Numbered from the stretch's first letter, positions 1 to 10,088 are shown. The stretch: DNA of 64,000 nucleotides from an uncultured Acidobacteriota bacterium (GCA_963804995.1 CAWDSK010000001.1:256001-320000); one strand, 5' to 3'. Numbers and translations are program-made. The notes: a model not told the origin generated them from the letters alone.

Positions 1-50
1 ATACAAGAAACGGGCGCGAATTCCCAATTCGAAATAAAACAGGTGAAATA

Positions 51-683
51 ATGGAAAAACTCACCGTGCATCTTCTCCACCCCACCCGGCGGCGGGAACT
101 GGATGAATACCTCCGCCTCTACTGCCGCAGCTTCAACCCGGACGAGCGCGTCAGCCCCCGCGTGCTGCGGCGGGTGATGGTGCCCTCGCCGGCTCGCGTT
201 AATCCCGTTCACCTTTTTGCCGCCTCCCTCGATGGCCGACTCGTAGGAGGCGCCTGCACGCTGGTCCTTCCAGCCTTCCGCGTCGTGTTCGGCAGTTACA
301 TCTTTGTCGATCCCGCCCTTCGCGGCCGCGGCTTGGGCGCGCGCATTCTCCGTCAGGTTCTTCGCCAGGAGCGCCATGGGCCCCACGGCTGGAATTTTCG
401 TCTATACGCTGAAGTCACCGCGTCTTCCGGCAACCATTGGCACACACTTTTGGCCAAAGTTGGTTTCCGATTCTTCCCCGCCCTCTGGCCGCTCGTCTCC
501 TATCATAACCCACGCAAAATCGTAGCAGGAAGGCTCTGCTACTTCCCCTATCGCAGGAACCCGCCCCCGCGATTCTCCCAACCTGCTCTACTGATGTACA
601 TCCACGCGTTATTTTATGGGCCAGAGGCCACGCACCGTCATCTGGTGCCGCGGCTCAAGGATTTCGTTCCCTTGGAAGCATAA
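51..683 (+). CDS. GNAT-family N-acetyltransferase
   Basis: Acetyl-CoA motif A YIFVDPALRGRGLGARIL. Confidence 0.75.
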   Translation: MEKLTVHLLHPTRRRELDEYLRLYCRSFNPDERVSPRVLRRVMVPSPARVNPVHLFAASLDGRLVGGACTLVLPAFRVVFGSYIFVDPALRGRGLGARILRQVLRQERHGPHGWNFRLYAEVTASSGNHWHTLLAKVGFRFFPALWPLVSYHNPRKIVAGRLCYFPYRRNPPPRFSQPALLMYIHALFYGPEATHRHLVPRLKDFVPLEA

Positions 684-782
684 TAGATTCAAAACGGATG
701 TCTGGCAAAAAGGATAATTGACCAATCCCTCCGTTCACGGCAGAATAGGACAACAAGTCGCACACATCCAGGGAGGTTCCTC

Positions 783-1304
783 ATGGCTTCGGCTAGTTTG
801 CAGACCTCCGGAGGAGAGGTCTCACCTCAACAGATGTTGGAGGTCACTTGGGGATTTGCCGCTACTCACATCATGACCACTGCGCTCGAGTTGGATATGT
901 TCACGTGCATCGACAGAGGTCACGCGACGGTCGAGGATCTGGCGGGCGAAACGGGCAGTTCCTTTCGCGGTCTCCGCATCCTGCTTGACGCGCTGGTGGG
1001 AATGAAGTAGCTGGAGAAGGCGGACGGCCGTTACCTGCTGGCTCCCGTGGCGCGGGCCTACCTTTCCCAGAAAAGCCCATCCTACCTGGGAGGCATCGTC
1101 CTGCACACCCGGCAGCTCCAGGCAAACTGGGCGCGACTGACCGGGGTGGTGCGCACAGGCCGGGCGCCTCAGGCGGTGGAGTCCGAGGAAGGCGACACCT
1201 TCACATTGGCGGAGTACTGCGCCTGGCTCCTGGCCGCGGGCTTTGACCGGGTACGAACACTGCAGGCGCCCTCGTCGTCGCCGTTGATCCTGGCCAGCCG
1301 GTAG
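783..1304 (+). pseudogene. O-methyltransferase (dimerisation domain + C-terminal tail), disrupted
   Basis: wHTH dimerisation N-terminus (TALELDMFTCI...GLRILLDALVGM); in-frame TAG at 1008-1010 continues in frame into ORF 1047-1304; SAM-binding domain absent, sequence jumps to the C-terminal GDTFTLAEYCAWLLAAGF motif. Confidence 0.75.
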
Positions 1305-1417
1305 CGCCACGGCGCGTCGGGGCAGTCCATCTTCTATTGACATCAAATGTTTTGATCGCTTGGTTATGGTTCCATCGTGCGGCGCTATGCTGCGTGCTCA
1401 TCAATTGGTTCCTGGGC

Positions 1418-1637
1418 GACCCCCTCACCCGTCCCGCCCCGGCTGATGAAAACGCCGGCTGCGGTCCACCCTCTCCCCCAAAGGGGCGAGGGCTATGAGT
1501 TCAATTCAACGTCCCTCTCTCGTCCGCGTAAATTCAATTTAACTCCCCCCTCGGTAGCCGCGGCGACAGAGGGCTAGAGATTCAAATTAACTCTCCCCTC
1601 GCCCCTTTGGGGGAGAGGTGCCGGGGGGTGAGGGGGT
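1418..1637. repeat. Palindromic repeat family A (CCCTCACCC-CCGGCTGATGAAAACGCCGG-CCCTCTCCC...GAGGG), composite copy
   Basis: Near-identical copies at 28186-28261, 46755-46829, 47195-47269, 49577-49708. Confidence 0.85.
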
Positions 1638-1752
1638 TGTAGGATGCAACGGAAAGCCACGGCTTGCTGAGGCTTTTTTACTTTTGACTTTTGCCCTTTG
1701 CCTTTTGGATTTCTTTTGCAGCCCACCGCGCCGCGTTACGCCGGTTCAGCCT

Positions 1753-2787
1753 CTACCCCGCGCGATGCGGAACTTTACTCCCAGCCGCTTCGCGCGCTTT
1801 CCAGGCATTCTCAACCTCACCCATAACGACCAGCACGTCGCCGCCTGCCAGCGCCACGTCGTGGCGGGGATTGAACTTCAATTCACCATCCGGTTTGCGC
1901 ACCGCCAACGCCAGCAGATCGAAGCGCCGGTGCAGGTCCATCTCCTTAAGATTCTTCCCTATCCAGGGGGAGTCTTCGCCCACCGCAATCTCCTCCACGC
2001 GGATTGTCCTGGTCGCGTCTCTGAGCATCAAGTTGAGGAAGGTGACGACGGAGGGTCGAATCAGTTCCGAGGCCAGGCGCATGCCACCAATCTGGTTGGG
2101 AGAAATCGCGGCATTGGCCCCGGCACGCAGAAGCTTATCGACCATCTTAACTTCCGCGCAGCGCGCCACGATGCGCAAGGCAGGATTCAGTTGCCGCGCT
2201 GTCACCGTGGCCATCAGGTTATCTCTGTCTTCGGGGAGAACAATCGCCAGGCCGCGCGCCTGTTGGATGCGCGCCGTGGTCAGGATTTCCTCATCCGTGC
2301 CATCCCCTTTCAGCGTGGGGAAGTCGCCGCGCTGGCTGATTCTCGCCAGGCGCTCCTCGTCGTGGTCAATCACCACGAACAGATTGCCGGTCTTCAGCAG
2401 CTCCTGCACCAGATAGTTGCCGGTCTCACCCGCACCGCAGACGATCAGGTGGTCCTGCATGTCCTGTAATTGTTTCAGCATCTTGCGTCTCCGAAAAATG
2501 TCCTGGAGTTCACCCTGCACGATAAAAGCAGTTGAGACCGAGAAAACATAAAGCATGATGCCGATGCCGAACAGGATGTAAATAATGTTGAATACGCGCA
2601 ACCCGGGGTGTGCCGCCGTATTCACGATTTCGGTGTAGCCCACGGTTGAGATCGTAATGACCGCCATGTAAAAGGCATCGAGCAGCGTGACTTCACGCCC
2701 CCCGAAGTTCATGTAAACAGAAACTGCGGACAGCACCACGATGACGAGCAGCAACACGGAGATGACGAGTTGTCGGCGCAGATTCAC
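1753..2787 (-). CDS. Potassium channel protein (2TM pore + TrkA-N/TrkA-C RCK domains)
   Basis: Selectivity-filter-like TISTVGY; Rossmann IVCGAGETG; C-terminal TrkA-C. Confidence 0.9.
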   Translation of the reverse strand: MNLRRQLVISVLLLVIVVLSAVSVYMNFGGREVTLLDAFYMAVITISTVGYTEIVNTAAHPGLRVFNIIYILFGIGIMLYVFSVSTAFIVQGELQDIFRRRKMLKQLQDMQDHLIVCGAGETGNYLVQELLKTGNLFVVIDHDEERLARISQRGDFPTLKGDGTDEEILTTARIQQARGLAIVLPEDRDNLMATVTARQLNPALRIVARCAEVKMVDKLLRAGANAAISPNQIGGMRLASELIRPSVVTFLNLMLRDATRTIRVEEIAVGEDSPWIGKNLKEMDLHRRFDLLALAVRKPDGELKFNPRHDVALAGGDVLVVMGEVENAWKAREAAGSKVPHRAG

Positions 2788-2894
2788 AACGTCCCCTTCG
2801 TCTTGGCCTGGACCGCCTCAGCCCGGAATTGAGATTGGTGGCGATATCTTAGCATAGGCAAGCGTCCGCACAGGTCGCCCCGCGAACCGCAGGC

Positions 2895-4031
2895 TCAATG
2901 GCCCAGCCGCCTTTCGTACTGCTCGAGCAGATAGTTGTCGGTCATACCCGCGATGTAGTCGCACACGATGCGGTAGACGGGTTCCTTCTGCGCTTGGGCG
3001 AAATAGAAGCTGGGAAGGCCGCGCGGGCGTTTGACGTAATACTCAAAGAGCCTGCGAATCGAGCTCACCAGTTTCTGGCGCTCGGTATTTACATTCCGAT
3101 GCGAATAGAGGCGCCTATGAAGGAACTGCTTGAGCCGCGCATTCTCGCGCGCCAGGCGCGGTCCGAACGACACCAGGCGCCGGCGCTGGGCGCGCACCTC
3201 GGCCAGCGTGCGGATGCCCTGTTTCTGTAGTCGACCCTTGGTCGATTCGATCACGTCGGTCGCGAGCCGGTCGAACAGCCGCTTCAGGGCTTCGTTGAAC
3301 TTAAGCTTTTCCGGCGCGGCGGGATACTTCCGTTCGATGCCTCGATAGAGCCGGTCAAAGAGCGGCACTCCGGCGCGAATCAAGGGCAAAGTCAGGAGTT
3401 TGGCTTCGTAGCCGTCATCAAGGTCGGCGCAGTTGTAGGCAATCTCGTCTGCGACGTCGATGAGCTGGGCTTCAAGCGGGGGGCGCTGGTCCAAACGGTA
3501 CTCAGCCAGTTCAGGGTAGCGGGCGGGATCGTAATCGCGCGAATGCTTGATGATTCCTTCGCGCACCTCAAAGGTCAGATTGAGGCCGGGGAATTCCACA
3601 TACTTCTGCTCGAAATGCTCGACGATGCGCAGCGCATGCAGATTGTGATCGAAGACGTCGTGGCGCTGCCGCATCAGACGGTTGAGTTCGGCTTCGCCCG
3701 CGTGGCCGAAAGGCGGATGCCCCACGTCGTGGACCAGCGCCAGCGCTTCCGTCAGGTCGGTGTTCAGCCCTAGCGCCTTCGCCACCGTGCGAGCCGTCTG
3801 CGCCACCTCCAGCGTGTGGGTCAGCCGGTTGCGGAAGTGGTCGGAATAGCGGCGCGTGAAGACCTGCGTCTTGTTCTCCAGGCGGCGGAAGGCGCGGGAG
3901 TGGATGATGCGGTCGCGATCGCGCTCATAGTCGTTGCGGTAGGGGTGCGCGGGCTCAGGGTAGCGCCGGCCCTGCGATTCCTCGACGCGCATGGCGTAGG
4001 ATGCGAGCTGGCCATCGTCTGGGTGACACAT
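2895..4031 (-). CDS. dgt: dGTP triphosphohydrolase
   Basis: RDRDRIIHSRAFRRLENKTQV, RNRLTHTLEV, HDVGHPPFGHAGE, DYIAGMTD. Confidence 0.95.
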   Translation of the reverse strand: MCHPDDGQLASYAMRVEESQGRRYPEPAHPYRNDYERDRDRIIHSRAFRRLENKTQVFTRRYSDHFRNRLTHTLEVAQTARTVAKALGLNTDLTEALALVHDVGHPPFGHAGEAELNRLMRQRHDVFDHNLHALRIVEHFEQKYVEFPGLNLTFEVREGIIKHSRDYDPARYPELAEYRLDQRPPLEAQLIDVADEIAYNCADLDDGYEAKLLTLPLIRAGVPLFDRLYRGIERKYPAAPEKLKFNEALKRLFDRLATDVIESTKGRLQKQGIRTLAEVRAQRRRLVSFGPRLARENARLKQFLHRRLYSHRNVNTERQKLVSSIRRLFEYYVKRPRGLPSFYFAQAQKEPVYRIVCDYIAGMTDNYLLEQYERRLGH

Positions 4032-4094
4032 CGTGGCTGGCGACCCTCCCTCCCCAGCGAATATAGCATAGCGATGAGGCGGAACGGGGGGAGA

Positions 4095-4250
4095 GGGATT
4101 TTGGATTCTAGATTTTGAATTTGCGATTGGTGATTTTCGATTGACGATTGGCGGTTTTCGATTCAGGGTTCGGTTTTCGGAATTTTGAATTTGTGATTTG
4201 CGATTTAGGGTTCGGAATTCGGGGTTAGGGATTAGGGACTCGGGGGCAGG
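4095..4250. repeat. Degenerate heptamer tandem repeats
   Basis: GATTTTG/GATTTTC/GGGTTCG/GGGATTA 7-nt periodicity. Confidence 0.7.
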
Positions 4251-4382
4251 TGTAGGGCCGAACGGCGTTCGGCCTCGTGCTTACGCTCCCCTCCTTAGTT
4301 AAGGAGGGGTGGCACCCCGGGCGACGGGGTGGTCTGGCAATTTTAGATTTGTGAATTTCGATGTTGGGTTGGCTTGACGGTC

Positions 4383-4498
4383 TCAGGTTCGGCCTTTCCA
4401 GCGGATGGGATCGCGCCGTCCGTGCATGCACGCTATAACGATTAGAGATACGCCGCCTCAATATCAGCCGCGGCTGCGGTCCGGACAAGAAGTTGCAT
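4383..4498 (-). pseudogene. ParE/RelE toxin remnant with internal deletion
   Basis: ATG overlaps the antitoxin stop (TGATG); reads MQLLVRTAAAADIEAAYL then, in another frame, IVIACMHGRRDPIRWKGRT*, i.e. the N- and C-terminal ParE signatures with the middle missing. Confidence 0.7.
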
Positions 4499-4713
4499 CA
4501 CGGGGTGCGACCCCGAATCCCACGATGCACCTCTTCCCAAGGAATGCCGAGGGGGCCCTCGCGATCCAGTTCATCCAGCCGCCGGTCCAACTCCTCGCGC
4601 TGGGCGTTGGTCAGGGGGAGCGCCTCCGGCGTTCGGGTCAGGCTCTCCCAGAGCTCCTCCAAGAGTCGCAGCCGTTCTTCAAGGCTAAGACTTGCAATAT
4701 CGATCGTGGCCAT
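4498..4713 (-). CDS. Addiction module antitoxin (TIGR02574-like)
   Basis: LSLEERLRLLEELWESL...ELDRRL...GIPWEEV. Confidence 0.9.
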   Translation of the reverse strand: MATIDIASLSLEERLRLLEELWESLTRTPEALPLTNAQREELDRRLDELDREGPLGIPWEEVHRGIRGRTP

Positions 4714-4744
4714 ACCCCCAGTATACCGCACCTTTCCAGGCCCC

Positions 4745-4915
4745 CGGGGTTCGGGATTCGGGGTTAGGGGTTAGGGACTCGGGATACAGGGGGCTTGCTC
4801 GTCACATGTCACTAAGCCTGCCCTGAGCCCGTCGAAGGGTCACTTGTCACTGCCCTTGGCACTTGTCACTCGCCACTCGTCACTGCCCTTAGCACTTGCC
4901 ACTAGCCACTGCTCT
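4745..4915. repeat. Degenerate heptamer tandem repeats
   Basis: GGGTTAG and GTCACTT/GCCACTA runs. Confidence 0.65.
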
Positions 4916-5112
4916 TAAAGAAACCGACGCCGCAAAAGTGCCACGGGCAGCCTGCCCCGATGCATCGGGGCAGGTCGGCCGTGGCACAAGCTGCGCGCGA
5001 TGGCGTGCGGAGGCAATGTTGAACCGAGGAGGCGAGCGTTTGCGCGCCTGGCACCGCGGACAATGTATGGCAACACATCAAGCGAGGCGGCTCGGCGGGG
5101 TGTTGGTGTCAG

Positions 5113-6148
5113 TCAGTGTCGAGAAGAAACCGGACGGGGGAATTCGAGTGAGGCAGCCTTAGCAATTACCTTTGCCAGGTTTTTGAATTCGTTGGCACAG
5201 GTCTGCACAAGCTGCGCGTGGCTGCCTATGGCGCCATCGGCGTAAGTGAGGTCGAACATGGGCTTCCGTGCGTCTTGCGACATCGGCATGAGACTTCGGT
5301 AATTCCTCAATGTCGCAAGACAGTGCGGATCATCCCCTTGGTCGATTTGGCCAGAAGGCTTTTCGCCAAGGACGGCTTCCCTGTAAACGGCCGGAATGCG
5401 ATCTAACCACTTGGCATAAGCTTGAGTCGGCCGGTCTAGGCGGACCGCGTGCTGTAGCACAACATACCCCGCTGGTGCCATAAGACCGGCAGGCAATTCA
5501 AAATCTACCCCGACCAGCTTTTGAATCTGCTTCCATTGGCGTCGCCAGTCTCTGATGGTCGGGCCGAGGTTTCTGAGCCCTTGAAGTGAGAACAGATCGG
5601 CTGCCAAGGGAATCACGAGATGGTCAGCGGCAAGGAGTGCCGCCCGGTTTATGGCGCCAAGATTCGGCCCGACGTTCGACTAGGGCCACCACCGCTCCGA
5701 CCTCGTTTCCAGCCGCTTGCATTATTCGATAAAACGCGGATGTGGCACGCAAGGCCGCCGGGTCATTGCTGTATCCACCGGGCCAGCTTGAGGACAGCTT
5801 GTCCTCAAAGCGGGACAACCCAAGGTCGCCGGCGATGAGCCACAAGCTTTCCCCGGTTAGAAGCGGAGGAGGCGGCTGAACGCCTACAATTGGTAACGGA
5901 ACTGGCGGCTGAATGTCACCAACCCCCTGTAGAATCGGGTTTACGCAGGCTAGAACCGTTGATACTTCTATATCCCAGAGTGCTTCCAGCGTGGTCTCGT
6001 CAAAGAACGCGGATGTTAGGTTAGCCTGGGGATCCAAGTCGACCGCCAGAGTGGGATAGCCAAGACGCGAGAGCATGTGCGCAACGTGGTACACCAGCGT
6101 CGTTTTCCCGACCCCGCCTTTGTTATTGAAGAAAGCGATGGTCTTCAA
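5113..6148 (-). CDS. ParA/Soj-like ATPase (one frameshift near 5675)
   Basis: Deviant Walker A FFNNKGGVGKTT, DLDPQANLT; removing one base at ~5675 restores LVDVGPNLGAINRAALLAADHLVIPLAAD and joins ORFs 5624-6148 and 5113-5616. Confidence 0.85.
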
Positions 6149-7332
6149 GCAGGCCTCCGAATCGTGACCAGAACATGAGTGGCTTCAAAGGTGAATTCTG
6201 CCGGAGGATTATTATTGGCTTTTAGCGCAGCATTGGCGCGCGTTATACCCGTACCAAACCTTTCGACGTATCCCAAGGCCTTCAATACTTCCGCAATGAC
6301 GGGATTCCTATAATCGCTGACTCTCTCGTAATTCTCAGGGGTTACCTGACCGTATAAGCCACCCGGATTCTGGATTTCAATTCGGTCCCCAAACCAGCTA
6401 ATTCGGACGGGAGCATTGGTGGCCTCGAACGCTCGGTGCATGATTGCGTTCAAGGTGAATTCGCGGACAGCTACCAAAGGGTAGTCAGGGACTTCCTCGT
6501 GTCGCAGGCCACCAGCGGAGACGCGAGCCGTGCGGATTTGGAGCGGCAAGAGGTTGTCAATCTGGAGTAATTGCGTTAGGAGGTTGCCTGAAATCGACTT
6601 TTCATCCTGTACCGAATCAGCGAGTGTCATTCCATCAAACCGGACGAATTGGATAAAGGCACCGGGCATGAAGTTCAGCGGGTCTTTTCCGAACACCAAC
6701 ACCCCGGCGTAAGTGGGGGTATGCTTTCTAAGGTCAAAGAATCGCAGTGAGGCCAACTGTTCCTCGACTGACCGATTATTCTGGGCAATTACATCTGCTT
6801 CGACAACCCTAGGAAGATATTCCGAACGGAATGATTCGACGAGGAGGTCATCAAGCGTAGCGTTGAGGCACGGACGGTGGTCGAAGGTGCGAGATCCTGC
6901 TATTTGACGTTCTGTCAGTACCCTCTCCTCTTGGCGAGTAGCAATCGCGCGTCGGGGGCCGACGCGAATCCAGACTTGACCTCTCAGCCTGACCGGGGGC
7001 ATATCGGATGGGTGAACCTCAACGACCGCGACCGGAATTCCGTTGAGGGTTACTTTTTCCACAGTCATGAACGGTAACGGAAGTATGTTCCCATCGGACC
7101 GCATATCCGACAGCGTCAGCAACAATTGATCAGTTATGGGTAAAGAAACAGGATTGCCCGCGTTGTTGACGCCCACAAAGATGTATCCTGGAGCTCGATG
7201 GTCAGGCAGATCGTTCGCATACGCGCAAATCGCCTGCCGTATCTTTTCGCGGTCATTGATCGATTCCTTACGCTCGACCCGATCCGATTCGACGTCGGAC
7301 ATCAGCCTTTCGAGTTCTTGAGTTTCTAGCAT
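6145..7332 (-). CDS. AlbA_2/Schlafen-like domain + HATPase_c_4 (RecG-C-like) protein
   Basis: ESDRVERKES...ICAYAN...GYIFVGVN; YPLVAVREFTLNAIMHR, RIEIQNPGGL, RNPVIAE, VERFGTGI; ATG 7332 preferred as start. Confidence 0.85.
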   Translation of the reverse strand: MLETQELERLMSDVESDRVERKESINDREKIRQAICAYANDLPDHRAPGYIFVGVNNAGNPVSLPITDQLLLTLSDMRSDGNILPLPFMTVEKVTLNGIPVAVVEVHPSDMPPVRLRGQVWIRVGPRRAIATRQEERVLTERQIAGSRTFDHRPCLNATLDDLLVESFRSEYLPRVVEADVIAQNNRSVEEQLASLRFFDLRKHTPTYAGVLVFGKDPLNFMPGAFIQFVRFDGMTLADSVQDEKSISGNLLTQLLQIDNLLPLQIRTARVSAGGLRHEEVPDYPLVAVREFTLNAIMHRAFEATNAPVRISWFGDRIEIQNPGGLYGQVTPENYERVSDYRNPVIAEVLKALGYVERFGTGITRANAALKANNNPPAEFTFEATHVLVTIRRPA

Positions 7333-7852
7333 CCGCTGCCTTAGAGGAGAATAGCCATCTTTGAATCCCGAACAGACCAAAGTATACGCCACATAGCTTC
7401 GCGGGGGAATGTTCTCTCACAGGTTCGAGCCTCCCACGCAATCTGTCGTAACCGGCTAAAGTACGCACCCCTCAAGGTGCCCCCCTGCGGAATGACGTAA
7501 GGAGCGTGAACTTTGGATTTTACATAAAGCATATGTTGAGGAGTAGAACCACGGTGAGCGTAGTTCTGTCGTGGCTTTTCTCATGCCCGGTGCCCCAGCG
7601 GTAAACGCAGGTTGTCAATCGGGATGGGGCCGAGGGCGATCTCAAATTCAAAATTGCAGATTCAAGATCCGTGAGGGCGCGAGGCTGATATCAAATTCAA
7701 GTGGCAGATTCAAAATAGGATAGGGCAGCATGCAAAGGTCTTAAAGCAAATTTCGGAGATCGTGCAAGGCAAATCGTAATCGCAGCGACGAGTAACAAGT
7801 GGCAAGTGACCTGTGATTGATTAGAGCCTGTGAGAAGGCATAACGACTAAAC

Positions 7853-8065
7853 ATGCACAAGTATGAAATCATCATCTATTGGAGCAACGAGGACCAAGTC
7901 TTTGTTGCCGAAGTCCCGGAATTGCCGGGTTGCATGGCCCATGGCAACACTCAGGAAGCGGCGCTCGCACACGCCCACGAAGCCATGCAATTGTGGATCG
8001 ACACCGCCCGGGAATTCGGGGATCCCATTCCGGAACCAAAGGGTGAACGCCTCATGTTGGCCTAG
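7853..8065 (+). CDS. hicB: HicB-family antitoxin
   Basis: FVAEVPELPGCMAHGNTQEAAL...GDPIPEPKG. Confidence 0.9.
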   Translation: MHKYEIIIYWSNEDQVFVAEVPELPGCMAHGNTQEAALAHAHEAMQLWIDTAREFGDPIPEPKGERLMLA

Positions 8066-8194
8066 CGGGCAGCCAGGGCGTCGCCGGGGCTGAAAGTCCA
8101 CCGATCCTAATGGTGGACGACCCATCCGCACCGGGGCGTTTTCTGCTGCCCGATGCCCCAGAGGCAAACGCAGGAACCAGCTAACAACATGCAG

Positions 8195-8385
8195 CTCACA
8201 GCCGACAGCCGACAGCTTACAGTCAGTTCCGAGTCCCGATTCCCGATTCCAGATTCGGGATCGCCGAACCCCGAGCCCCGTGTCCCGAACCCCTAATCCC
8301 CAAACCCTAATCCCTAGCCCCCAGTCCCTAGCCTCCGGCCCCCATCTCCAATTCCTAATCCCCAGTTCCGAACCCCAAAACCCCT
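8195..8385. repeat. Degenerate heptamer tandem repeats
   Basis: CAGCCGA, CCCGATT, CCCTAAT runs. Confidence 0.65.
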
Positions 8386-8391
8386 CCCACC

Positions 8392-8465
8392 TCACCACAG
8401 AGACACGGAGGCACAGAGGCTCGAAACAAATAGCTTTTCTCTGTGCCTCTGCGCCTCAGCGGTGA
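8392..8465. repeat. Solo palindrome of the GxxExxY-flanking type (family B)
   Basis: TCACCACAGAGACACGGAGGCACAGAG ... CTCTGTGCCTCTGCGCCTCAGCGGTGA. Confidence 0.75.
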
Positions 8466-8570
8466 ACCTGGCAATTCTTCCACTTCGCGGGCGAAGGGCG
8501 ACGGATGAGCGTATACTGAACCGCGCCCCGGGAGTCCAAAATCAAAACCCTGGGCGAGAGGCGCATCAAC

Positions 8571-9506
8571 ATGAAACGCGGATTAGTATTAACCATAGCT
8601 ATTTTCACGTGTGGACTTCTATTACGCAGTAACGCTCAACAGCCTTCCGCACCCAAGACCGCTGCGGCCGCAAGCCACTGGACGCTCGGCATCTACAGGG
8701 GGCCTTCCCCGTTGCACCTTTCACCTCCGGCAAAGGTCAGGAACCCGGTGTTAACGGGCGCGGATGTCACTGACCTGAAGGTCGATACCCTTGCCCACCC
8801 CTTCATGGTTGTGGAGGGCTCGCGCTATTACCTGTTCTTTACCGCCAAGGACCTGAAGGCTGACCAGGGCGGAATCGGAATGGCGGAAAGCCGCAACGGC
8901 CTGGAGTGGCACTACAAGCACATTGTTGTCCATGAGCCTTTCGTCCTCGCTCATCCCTTTGTGTTCAAGTGGCAGAACGACTACTACATGATTCCGGAAG
9001 CCCATACCGAGACTTCCGTCCGGCTGTACAAAGCGACCGCCTTCCCCGACAAGTGGGAATATCAGAAAGACCTGCTCACGGGCGATCATTTCATCAGCCC
9101 GACTTTGGTCCGGTACAAGGACATGTGGTGGATGTTCATCTGCGTCGAAGGAAATAAAACCTTGCGCCTGTTCTATGCGGAGGATTTCAAGGGGCCATGG
9201 ACCGAACACCCTCTCAGCCCCGTGATTAAGGATGACCTGCACACCGCGCGGCCCGCCGGTAGGCCATTCTTACTCAATGGAAAGCTGTATCGGTTAGGTC
9301 AGGACTGCCTCCCGGTATATGGATACCAGGTGCATGCCTTCGAGATTACGGACCTCAGCACCACGACCTACGCAGAGAAGATGGTCGACGCTCCCGTGGT
9401 GAAAGCCTCCTCGCAAGGCTGGAATGCCGAGGCCATGCACCACGTCGACGCTCACGAGATTAGCGGGAACAAGTGGATTGCGGCCGTCGATGCGCTCGGC
9501 AACTAA
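8571..9506 (+). CDS. Secreted five-bladed beta-propeller glycoside-hydrolase-like protein (GH43/GINT1 N-terminal-like)
   Basis: Signal peptide; repeated AHPF motifs, YYMIPE, GPWTEHPLSPV, ARPAGR, MHHVDA. Confidence 0.75.
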   Translation: MKRGLVLTIAIFTCGLLLRSNAQQPSAPKTAAAASHWTLGIYRGPSPLHLSPPAKVRNPVLTGADVTDLKVDTLAHPFMVVEGSRYYLFFTAKDLKADQGGIGMAESRNGLEWHYKHIVVHEPFVLAHPFVFKWQNDYYMIPEAHTETSVRLYKATAFPDKWEYQKDLLTGDHFISPTLVRYKDMWWMFICVEGNKTLRLFYAEDFKGPWTEHPLSPVIKDDLHTARPAGRPFLLNGKLYRLGQDCLPVYGYQVHAFEITDLSTTTYAEKMVDAPVVKASSQGWNAEAMHHVDAHEISGNKWIAAVDALGN

Positions 9507-9542
9507 ATCCCTGCGCGAGGAAGAAATCTGAAGAAAAGATAA

Positions 9543-9676
9543 CTCGCGCAGAGACGCTGAGACGCAGAGAAGACATAAGCAATAAAGAAGAGCCTTGGAT
9601 CCAGCCGAGTACTGGTGCAGAATCCCTTCTCTTTCTTTTGTCCTTCCTTCTCAGCGTCTCTGCGGCTCTGCGCGAG
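9543..9676. repeat. Family B palindromic element upstream of the GxxExxY gene
   Basis: CTCGCGCAGAGACGCTGAGACGCAGAGAAG ... CTTCTCAGCGTCTCTGCGGCTCTGCGCGAG inverted arms. Confidence 0.9.
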
Positions 9677-9686
9677 GAAAGGTTCT

Positions 9687-10088
9687 ATGACCGAAAACGA
9701 GATCGGCACAATCATTGTCGGCACCGCGATCGAAATTCATCGCGATCTGGGACCAGGGCTCCTCGAATCGGTCTATGAGGTGGTTCTAGCACATGAATTG
9801 AGCCGGCGGGGATTGGAGGTCAAGCGCCAGATTCCTATTTCAATTGTCTACAAAGGCTTTGAATTTGAAGAAGCGTTTCGTGCCGACCTGCTGGTCGCCG
9901 GCAAGGTCATTGTCGAACTAAAGTCGGTGGAACAGGTCAATAAGTCACACCGCAAACAGATACAAACCTACTTGCGCCTCACGGGCTTGAAACTCGGATA
10001 CGTCCTCAACTTCGGAGCTGGGCTGATGAAGGAAGGAATTGTCAGGGCCGTAAATGGCCTGGAAGAGGAAAGTGGTGACTCGCGCTGA
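9687..10088 (+). CDS. GxxExxY protein (PD-(D/E)XK nuclease superfamily)
   Basis: LGPGLLESVYE, FRADLLV, IVELKSVE, QIQTYLRLTG, LNFG. Confidence 0.95.
   Translation: MTENEIGTIIVGTAIEIHRDLGPGLLESVYEVVLAHELSRRGLEVKRQIPISIVYKGFEFEEAFRADLLVAGKVIVELKSVEQVNKSHRKQIQTYLRLTGLKLGYVLNFGAGLMKEGIVRAVNGLEEESGDSR

Noticed and set aside
1008..1010. Pyrrolysine/amber read-through in the methyltransferase
   Set aside because: The gene also lacks its catalytic domain and no pyl genes are visible; a simple nonsense mutation is more likely
1438..1460. Hammerhead ribozyme (CTGATGA...AAAC)
   Set aside because: No stem II between CUGAUGA and GAAA; the motif is just a hairpin loop
7405..7445. tRNA fragment / att site (GGTTCGAGCC)
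   Set aside because: No cloverleaf or acceptor stem, and no integrase nearby
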